Positions 54,077 to 64,000 of a stretch of 64,000 nucleotides of DNA are shown piece by piece (positions within the stretch are counted from its first letter, which is position 1; every line of letters starts with the position of its first letter). Source of the stretch: the human T2T-CHM13v2.0 reference genome, Homo sapiens. The notes under the pieces were generated by a model, which did no database searches, was not told the DNA's origin, and was given only the letters and a program-made list of their open reading frames with translations. The position numbers and the translations under genes were made by a program. The stretch lies in assembly GCF_009914755.1 (NCBI RefSeq), contig NC_060947.1; one strand, written 5' to 3'.

Positions 54077-55100
54077 ATGAGAAAAAAAAATGCAAAAACA
54101 CTGAAGACTCCAAAAGCCAGAATGCCTCTTCTCCTCCAAATGACTGCTAAAGCTCTCCAGCTAAGGCACAGAACTGGGCTGAGGCTGAGATGGCTGAATT
54201 CACAGATGTAGGCTCCAGAAGGTGGGTAATAAAGAACTTCACTGAACTAAAGGAGCATGTTGTAACCCAGTGCAAAGAAGCTAAGAATCATGATAAAAAA
54301 AAAAAAAAAACACAGGAGCAGATATCCAGAATAGCCAGTTTAGAGAGGAACATAACCAACTTATGGAGCTGAAAATCACAACACAAGAACTTCACAGTGT
54401 AATCACAAGTATCAATAGCAGAATAGACCAAATGGAGGGAGAATCTCAGAGCTTAAAGACTATCTTTCTGAAATAAGACCGGCAGACAAGAATAGAGAAA
54501 AAAGAATAAAAACAAATGAAAAAAACAAACCTCCAAGAAATATGGGATTATGTAAAAAGATCGAACTTATGACTGAGTGGGGTACCTGAAAAAGGCAGGG
54601 AGAATGGAACCAAGTTGGAAAATATACTTCAGGATATCATCCAGGAGAACTTTCCCAACCTAGCAAAAAAGACCAACACTCAAATTCAGGAAATACAGAG
54701 AACCCCAGGAAGACAGTCTTATACAAGAAGATAAACCCCAAGACACAAAGTTATCAGATTCTCCAAGGTCGAAATGAAAGAAAAAACTTCTAAGGGCAGC
54801 CAGAGAGAAAGGCCAAGTCACCTACAAAGGGAAGCCCAACAGACTAACAGTGGACCTCTTAGCAAAAACCCTAAAAGAAGAGACTGGGGACCAACATTCA
54901 ACATTCATAAAGAAAAGAATTTCCAACCCAGAATTTCATATCCAGCCAAACTAAGCTTCATAGGTGAAGGAGAACTAAGATCCTTGTCAAACAAGCAAAT
55001 GCTAAGGGAATACATCACCAGCTGGCCTGCCTTTTAAGACTTCATGAAGGAAGTACTAAATATGGAAAGGAAAAACTGTTACCAGCCACTGCAAAAACGA
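54077..55100 (+). pseudogene. L1 ORF1p remnant (frameshifted)
   Basis: Fragments RRWVIKNFTELKEHVVTQCKEAKN and WGPTFNIHKEKNFQPRISYPAKLSF. Confidence 0.85.
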
Positions 55101-55174
55101 AATTAAGTACATAGACCAGTGACACTATCAAGCAACCACGTAAACAATATGCAAAATAACCAGCTAGCATCATA

Positions 55175-58100
55175 ATGACAGGATCAAATTCACACATAAC
55201 AATACTAACCTTAAATGTAAATGGTCTAAATACCCCATTAAAAGACACAGACTGGCAAGCTGGATAAAGAGCCAAGACCCATCCATATACTGTCTTCAAG
55301 AGACCCATCTCACATGCAAAGACACACATAGGCTCAAAATAAAGGGATGGAGGAAAATTTACCAAGCAAATGGAAAACAGAAAAAAAAAAGAGGGAATTG
55401 CAATCCTAGTTTCTGACAAAACAGACTTTAAACCAACACAGATCAAAAAAGACAAAGAAGAGCATTACATAATGGTAAAGGGTTCAATTCAACAAGAAGA
55501 GCTAACTATCCTGAATATATATGCACCCAATACAGGAAAACCCAGATTCATAAAGCAAGTTCTTAGAGATCTATGAGGAGACTTAGAATCCCACACAATA
55601 ATAGTGGGAGACTTTAACACCACACTGTCAATGTTAGACAGATCATCAAGACAGAACATTAACAAAGATATTCAGGGTCTGTACTCAGCTCTGAATCAAG
55701 TGAAACTGATAGATGTCTACCGAACTCTCTACCCCCAAACAACACAATATCCATTCTTCTCATTGCCACATGGAGTGTACTCTAAAATTGATCACATAAT
55801 TGGAAATGAAACACTCCTCAGCAAATGCGAAAGAAGTGAAGTTATAATAAACAGTCTCTCAGACCACAGTGCAATCAAATTAGAACTGAGCATCAAGAAA
55901 CTCACTCAAGCTCTCCCTCTCCCTCTCCCTCTCCCTTTCCCTCTCCCTCGTCTCCCTCTCCCCACGGTCTCTCTCTCCCTCTCTTTCCACGGTCTCCCTC
56001 TGATGCCGAGCCGATGCTGGACTGTACTGCCGCCATCTCTGCTCACTGCAACCTCCCTGCCTGATTCTCCTGCCTGAACCTGCCGAGTGCCTGCAATTGC
56101 AGGCACGCGCCACCACGCCTGACTGGTTTTCATATTTTTTTGGTGGAGACGGGGTTTCGCTGTGTTGGCCGGGCTGGTCTCCAGCTCCTAACCGGGAGTG
56201 ATCTGCCAGCCTCGGCGTCCCGAGGTGCCGGGATTGCAGATGGAGTCTCGTTCACTCAGTGCTCAATGTTGCCCAGGCTGGAGTGCAGTGGCGTGATCTC
56301 GGCTGGCTACAACCTCCACCTCCCAGCCGCCTGCCTTGGACTCCCAAAGTGCCGAGATTGCAGCCAATGCCCGGCCGCCACCCCGTCTGGGAAGTGAGGA
56401 GCGTCTCTGCCTGGCTGCCCATCGTCTGGGATGTGAGGAGCCCCTCTGCCCGGCTGCCCAGTCTGGGAAGTGAGGAGCACCTCTTCCCGGCTGCCATCCC
56501 ATCTAGGAAGTGAGGAGCGTCTCTGCCCGGCCGCCCATCATCTGAGATGTGGGGAGCACCTCTGCCCCGCCGCCCCGTCTGGGATGTGAGGAGCGCCTCT
56601 GCCCGGCTGCGACCCCGTCTGGGAGGTGAGGAGCGTCCCTGCCCGGCCGCCCCATCTGAGAAGTGAGGAGCCCCTCCGCCCGACAGCCGCCCCGTCTGGG
56701 AAGTGAGGAGCGTCTCCACCCGGCAGCCGCCCCATCTCAGAAGTGCGGAGCCCCTCCGGCCGGCAGCCGCCCCGTCTGGGAAGTGAGGAGCCCCTCCGCC
56801 CGGCAGCCGCCCCGTCTGGGAAGTGAGGAGCATCTCCGCCCGGCAGCCGCCCCGTCCGGGAGGTGGGGGGGCAGCCCCCGCCCGGCCAGCCACCCCGTCT
56901 GGGAGGGAGGTGGGGGGTCAGCCCCCAGCCGGCCAGCCGCCCCGTCCGGGAGGGAGGTGGGGGGTCAGCCCCCGCCCGGCCAGCCGCCCCGTCCAGGAGG
57001 GAGGTGGGGGGTCAGCCCCCGCCTGGCCAGCCGCCCCATCCAGGAGGTGGGGGGTGCCTCCGCCCGGCCGCCGCCCCGTCTGGGAGGTGGGGGGCGCCTC
57101 TGCCTGGCCGCCCCTTCTGGAAAGTGAGGAGCCCCTCTGCCCAGCCGCCACCCCGTCTGGGAGGTGTACCCAACAGCTCATTGAGAATGGGTCATGATGA
57201 CGATGGCGGTTTTGTCGAATAGAAAAGGGGGAAATGTGGGGAAAAGATAGAGAAATCAAATTGTTGCTGTGTCTGTGTAGAAAGAAGTAGACATAGGAGA
57301 CTCCATTTTGTTCTGTACTAAGAAAAATTCTTCTGCCTTGGGATGCTGTTGATCTATGACCTTACCCCCAACCCAGTGCTCTCTGAAACATGTGCTGTGT
57401 CCACTCAGGGTTAAATGGATTAAGGGCGGTGCAAGATGTGCTTTGTTAAACAGATGCTTGAAGGCAGCATGCTCCTTAAGAGTCATCACCACTCACTAAT
57501 CTCAAGTACCCAGGGACACAAACACTGCGGAAGGCCCCAGGGTCCTCTGCCTAGGAAAACCAGAGACCTTTGTTCACTTGTTTATCTGCTGACCTTCCCT
57601 CCACTATTGTCCTATGACCCTGCCAAATCCCCCTCTGCCAGAAACACCCAAGAATGAGCAATAAAAAAAAAAAAGAAAAAGAAACTCACTCAAAACCACA
57701 CAGCTACATGGAAATTGAACAACCTGCACCTGAATGACTCCTGGGTAAATAATGAAATTAAAGCAGAAGTCAAGAAGTTATTTGAAACTAATGATAACAA
57801 AGAGACAATGTCCAAGAATGTCTGGGATGCAGCTAAAGCAGTGTTAAGAGGGAAATTTATAGCAGTAAATGCCCACATCAAGAAGCTAGAAAGATCTCAA
57901 GTTAGCAACCTAACATCACAACTAAAAGAACTAGAGAACAAAGAGCAAACAAACCCCAAAGCTAGCAGAAGACAAGAAATAACCAAGATCAGAGCAGAAC
58001 TGAAGGATATAGAGACACAAAAAGCCCTTCAAAAAATCAATCAATCCAGGAGCTGGATTTTGGAAAAAATTAATAAAAAAGATCACTAGCTAGACTAATA

Positions 58101-60720
58101 AAGAAGAAAAGAGAGAAGAATCAAATAAACACAATCATAAATGATAAGGGGGATATCACCACTGACCCCACAGAAATACAAACAACCATTAGAGAATACT
58201 ATAAACACTTCTATGCACATAAACTAGAAAGTCTAGGAAAAAATTGATAAATTCATGGACACATACACCCTCCCATGACTGAACCAGGAAGAAGTTGAAT
58301 CCCTGAATAGACCAATAATGAATTCTGAAATTGAAGCAGTAATAAATAGCCTACCAACCCAAAAAAGCCCAGGGCCAGATGGATGTATAGCTGAATTCTA
58401 CCAGAGGTGCAAAGAAGAGCTACTGGTATTTCTACTGAAACTATTCCAAACAATTGAAAAGGAGGGCCTCCTCCCTAACTCATTTTATGAGGCAAACATC
58501 ATCCTGATACCCAAACCTGACAGAGATACAATAAAAGAAAAAAGAAAACTTCAGGCCAATATCCCCGATGCACATTGATGTAAAAATCCTAAAAAATACT
58601 GGCAAACCAAATCTAGCAGCAAATCAAAAAGCTTATCCAGCACAATTAAGCTGGCTTCATCACTGGGATGCAAGGTTGGCTCAACATATGCAAATCAATT
58701 AATGGGATTCATCACATAAACAGAAGTAAAAACAAAAACCATATGATTAACTCAATCAATGCAGAAAAAGCCTTAAATAAATTCAACATCCCTTCATGTT
58801 AAAAGCTCTCAATAAATTAGGTATTGAAGCAACACAACTCAAAATAATAAGGGTCATCTATGACAAACCCACAGCCAATATACTGAATGGGCAAAAGTGG
58901 GAAGCATTCCCCTTGAAAACTGGCAAGAGACAAAGATGCCCTCTCCCATCACTCCTATTAAACATAGTATTGGAAATTCTGGCCAGGGCCAACAGTCAAG
59001 AGAAAGAAATAAAGGGTATTCAAATAAGAAAATTGGATGTAAAATTATCTTTGTTTGCAAATGACATGATCCTATATTTAGAAAATCCCATTGCCTCAGC
59101 CCAAAAGCTTTTTAAGCTAATAAGCAACTTGAGAAAAGTCTCAGGATACAAAATCAATGTGCAAAAATCGCTGGCATTCCTATAGACCAACAACAGACAA
59201 GCAGAGAGCCAAGTCAAGAATGAACTCCCATTCAAGATTGCTACAAAAATAATTAGATACCTAGGAATACAGCTAACAAAGGACATGAAGGACTTCTTCA
59301 AGGAGAGCTATAAACCACTGCTCAAAGAAATCAGAGAGGACACAAACAAATGGAAAAACATTCCATGTTCATGGATAGGAAAAACTGATATTGCAAAAAT
59401 AACCATATTGCCCAAAGTAATTTATACATTCAATGCTATTCCCATTAAACTACCATTAACATTCTTCACAGAATTAGAAAAAAAGCCAATGTGGAATTCA
59501 TGTAGAACCAAAAAGGAGCATGAATAGCCAAGACAATCCTAAGCAGAAAGAACAAAGCTGGAGACATCATGCTATCCAATTTCTAACTATACTACAAGGC
59601 TACAGTAACCAAAACAGCATGATACTGGTACCAAAACAGACACATAGACAAATGGAACCGAATAGAGAAGTCAGAAATAAGATTGCATGTCTACAACCAT
59701 CTGATCTTCAATAAACCTGACAAAAACAAGCAATGAGGAAAGGATTTCCTATTTAATAAGTGGTGGTTGGAGTGCTGGCTAGCCATATGCAGAAAATTGA
59801 AGTTGGACTGCTTCCTTACACCTCCTACAAAAATTAACTCAAGATGGATTAAAGACTTTAATGTAAAACCCAAAACTATAAAAACCCTAGATGAAAAATC
59901 TAGGCAATACAATTGAGGACATAGGCACAGGCAAAGATTTCATGAGGAAAATGCCAAAAACAATTGCAATAAAAGCCAAACTTGACAAATGGGGTCTCAT
60001 TAAACTAAAGAGCTTCTGCACAGCAAAGGAAGCTATCATCAGAGTGAGCAGACAACCTGAATAATGGGAGAAAGTTTTTGTAAACCTATCCATCTGTAAA
60101 AGGTCTAATATCCAGTCTACCAGAAACTTAAATTTACAAGAAAAAAGCAAACAACCCCATTAAAAGTTGGGTAAAGAACATGAATAGACACCTCTCAAAA
60201 AAATACATACATGTGGCCAACAAACATGAAAAAAAGCTCAACATCACTGATCATTAGAAAAATGCAAATCAAAACCACAATTAGATACCATCTCATGCCA
60301 GTCAGAATGGCGATTATTAAAAAGTCAAAGTCAAAATTAACAGATGCTGGTGAGATTGTGTAGAAAAAGGAAGGCTTTTACACTGTTGGGAGTGTAAATT
60401 AGTTCAACCGTTGTGGAAGACAGTGTGGCAATTTCTCAAAGGCAGAAATACCATTTGACTTGGCAATCTCATTACTGGGTATATACTGAAAGAATATAAA
60501 TCATTCTATTATAAAGATACATGCTTGCATATGTTCATTGCAGCACTATTCACAATAGCAAAGATATTGTATCAAGCCAAATGCCCATAAATAATAGACT
60601 GGATAAAGAAAATGTGGTACATATATATAATGGAATACTATGCAGCCATAAAAAAGAACAAGATCATGTCCTTTGCAGGGACATTGATGGAGTCAGAAGC
60701 CATTATCATTAGCAAACTAA
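55175..60720 (+). pseudogene. L1 ORF2p remnant (EN/RT; stops, frameshifts, SVA insertion)
   Basis: ATG 'atgacaggatcaaattcacac'; GDFNT and SDHSAIKLEL (EN); [16 protein letters not shown] (RT, FADD mutated). Confidence 0.9.
55910..57678 (+). mobile_element. Full-length SVA retrotransposon (SVA_B/C-like)
   Basis: Hexamer, Alu-like domain, VNTR, complete SINE-R, AATAAA and poly(A); 15-bp TSD aagaaactcactcaa at 55895-55909 and 57679-57693. Confidence 0.97.
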
Positions 60721-61568
60721 AAGGAACAGAAATCAAAACACCACATGTTTTCTCTTATAAATCAAGCTGAACAATGAGAACACATGGACACATTCGTGGG
60801 GAACAACATACACTGGAGCCTGTCAGGGGTGGGAGTAGTGGGAGGGAGGGCATCAGGAAGAATAGGTAATGGACGCTGGGCTTAATACCTAGGTGATAGG
60901 ATGGTCTGTGCAGCAAACCACCATGGCACACGTTTACCTATGTAACAAACCTGCACATCCTGTACATGTACCCCTGAACTTAAAATAAAAGTTGAGGATT
61001 AAAAAATGCATGATTACAGAGTATTTATAAAAATAATTTTCATTTGCAGATTGCCAGTTTTGTTGGTTGTAGAGAGAGTGAGCTTATCAAAGACATCTGG
61101 AAATCCATTTCAATTGAAATATAGCCTCCTTCTATCCCCCTCATTCCTAATCCCTTTGAAAATTACTACTCTAGTGTGCTATGCCAGTATTACTGGCGGG
61201 CCTAAGCCATATCCTTTAGTGTGTTGAAGATTAGGAGAAAACATGTTTGTAATCAATGAATTAGAAAATTAAGACAAGAGGAACAGTGCATATCAAAAGT
61301 TATAAGATGTGGTTAAAAAATGTTCTTGGGAAAAATGTTCTTGGAAGTAACCTGCAAATACTTTAATTACTTACTAAGGAAAATGAAAATTAATAAGCTA
61401 AGCATTCAACTAAATTAGCAAAGTGAACAAAAAATCCAAATACAAAAGGAAAAGCAAGTGAAAGGAACAATTAAGACAAAAGTAGAAACCAATGTGAGGA
61501 TCAATTGCACTGCTAAATATAAGTTATTTTTTGAAAAAAAAAAGAAAATAAAACATCTTCTCTAAACA

Positions 61569-63958
61569 CAGGCATACCTCAGAGATATTGTAGGCTTGGT
61601 TCCAGACAATAAAGCAAGTCACTTGAATTTTTTGGTTTCCCAGTGAATATAAAAGTTATTGTTACACTATACTATAGTTTATTAAGTGTGAAATGGCATT
61701 ATGTCTAATATAGCAACGTACCTACTTTAATTAAAAATAATTTATTGCTAAATAATGGTAACAACCATTTGAGATTTTAGCTAGTCATCAACCTTTCACA
61801 GATAAAATGTCTTGCTTCCATGCTGCTGGCTCCTAACTGGGCAGTCAGTTGGTTGTTGAAGTTTACAGTGTCTGTGGCAATTTCTTAAAATAAGACAACA
61901 ATGAAGAATGCCACATTGACTGACTCTTCCTTCCACCAAAGATTTTCCTGTAGCATGAGATGCGGTTTGATGGCATTTTACCCACAGTAGAAATTCTTTC
62001 AAAACTGGAATCAATTTCCTCAAACTCTGTCATTGCTTCATCAACTAGGTTTATGGAATATTCTAAACCTTGTGTTGTTATTTCAACAATGTTCAGAACA
62101 TCATCAACAGGAGTAGATGCTATCTCAAGTAACCACTTTCTTTGCTCATCTGTAAGAAGCAATTCCTCATCTGTTTAAGTTTTATCATGAGATTGCAGCA
62201 ATGTGGTCACATCTTCAGGCCCCACTTCTAATCCTATTTCTTTTTCTGTTTCCACCCCATCTGCAGTAACCTCCACTGAAGTCTTGAACCCCTCAAAGTC
62301 ATTCATGAGGGTTGGAATCAACTTCCTCCAAATGCTTATTAAAATGGTGATATTTTGACCTCCTTCCATGAATCACAGGTATCCTTAATGGCATCTGAAA
62401 TAACAAATTATTTCCAAATGGTTTTCAATTTACCTGTCTCAGATCTATCAGAGGAATCACTATGGCAGCTATAGCCTTACAATATGAATTTTTTAAATCA
62501 AAAGACTTGAAAGTAGAGATTACTGCTTGATCCATGGGCTGCAAAATGGATGTTGTTAGCAGGCATGAAAAGAATATTCATCTCCTATTACACCTCCATA
62601 AGGGTTCTTAAGAGACTAGGTGCCTTGCCAATGAGCAGTAATATTTTGAAAGAAATCTTTTTTTTTTTTTCTTAGCATTAGGTCTCAACAGTGGGCTTAA
62701 AAATATCCAGTAAACCATGCTGTAAATAGATATGCTGTATCCAGGCTTTGCTATTCCATTTACAGAGCACAGGCATAATAGATTTAGCATATTCTTAAGG
62801 GCCATAGAATTTTCAAAATGGTAAATGAGCATTGGCTTCAACTGGAAGTCATCAGCTGCAAGAGCAAATAAGGGAGTAAGCTTGTTCTTTGAAGTTTTGA
62901 AGTCAGGCATTAACTTCTCTCTAGTTATGAAACTTATAGATGGCATCTTCTTACAATAGAAGGTTGTTTAGTTCACATAGAAAATCTGTTGTTTAGGGTA
63001 GCAACCTTCATCAATGATCGTAGCTAGATCTTCTGTCTAAATTGCTGCATCTTCTACATAACTACTTGCTGCTTCATCTTGCACTTTTTTGTTGTTCTTG
63101 TTACGGGATGGCTTTTTTTTACTTAAACCTCATGAACCAACCTCTGCTAGCTTCAAACTTTCCTTCTGCAGCTTCCCCACCTCTCTCGGCCTTCATAGAA
63201 TTAAAAAGAGTTAGGGCCTTGCTCTGGATTTGGGAATGTTGTGGCTGGTTTGATCTTCTATCCAGACCACAAAAACTCTCTCCACATCAACAATAAGGCT
63301 GTTTTGTTTTCTTGTCATTAATCTGTTAACTGGAATACCACATTTAGTTTCCATCAAGAATGTTTTCCTTGCATTCACAGCTTCGTTATGTATTTCACAT
63401 TGGAGGAATGGCTTTCAGCCTCTCTCAGCCATTGACATGCCTTCCTCACTAAGCTTAATCATTTCCAGCTTTTGATTCAAAATGAGAGATTCATAACTTT
63501 CTCCTACTTGAACCATTAGAGGCCATTGTAGGTTTATTAAATGACCTAATTTCAATAGTATTGTGACTCAAGAAATAAGGAAGCCCAAAGAGAGAGAGAC
63601 AGGAGATGAGATGAGAGAATGGCCAGTGGGAACAATGAGAAGACACAAAATTCATCAATTGAGTTTACTGTGCCAAATGGTTAGAATTCATGGTTTCCCA
63701 AAAAATTTACAATAGTAATATCAAAGATCACTGATCAGTGATCACCATAACAGATATAACAATAATGAAAAAGTTTGACATATTGCAAGAATTACCAAAA
63801 TGTGACACACAGAGACAAAATGAGCATATGCTATTTAAAAAATGGCACTGATAGCCTTCCTGGACACAGGATTGCCACAAACCCTCAATTTGTAAAAAAA
63901 AAATGCAATTATCTACAGAATGCAATAAAGTGAAGCACAGTAAAAGGAGGTATACCTG
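61569..63958 (-). mobile_element. Near full-length Tigger1 (pogo/Tc-mariner) DNA transposon with broken transposase
   Basis: TIRs caggcatacctc / gaggtatacctg, TA at 63959-63960, ~2.39 kb. Minus-strand fragments [12 protein letters not shown]...[28 protein letters not shown] and [10 protein letters not shown]. Confidence 0.93.
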
Positions 63959-64000
63959 TATAACAAAGAAATAGAAAAACCCTACAAATACGCAATAGCA

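Larger units (their letters stand above)
52579..61001 (+). mobile_element. Full-length decayed primate L1 (L1PA11-13-like), split by SVA
   Basis: 5'UTR, ORF1, ORF2 and 3' UTR in order; TSD aaaaatg(t/c)atgatta at 52563-52577 and 61002-61016. Confidence 0.93.

Noticed and set aside
61316-61344. 14-bp direct repeat aaaaatgttcttgg
   Set aside because: Ordinary slippage duplication.

Overview
AT-rich hominid (human-like) genomic DNA made mostly of interspersed repeats. It contains old L1M/L2/MIR elements, several Alus with target-site duplications (TSDs), MaLR/ERV LTRs (including a complete THE1 provirus), hAT and Tigger DNA transposon fossils (including a near full-length Tigger1), and a full-length decayed primate L1. 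Two SVA retrotransposons each sit inside an L1. I cannot support any intact protein-coding gene, RNA gene or CRISPR array; the ORF track is explained by repeats or chance. I found no convincing new biological system. The notable signals are mechanistic scars: a local templated copy of an Alu-flank junction inside an L1 5'UTR, a 3'-truncated SVA that still has a poly(A) and TSD, two 5'-inverted L1 insertions (one with a probable 3' transduction), a deletion junction with templated filler, and one candidate non-coding exon. Subfamily names come from recalled consensus motifs and need RepeatMasker/Dfam confirmation. Boundaries without a TSD are approximate.
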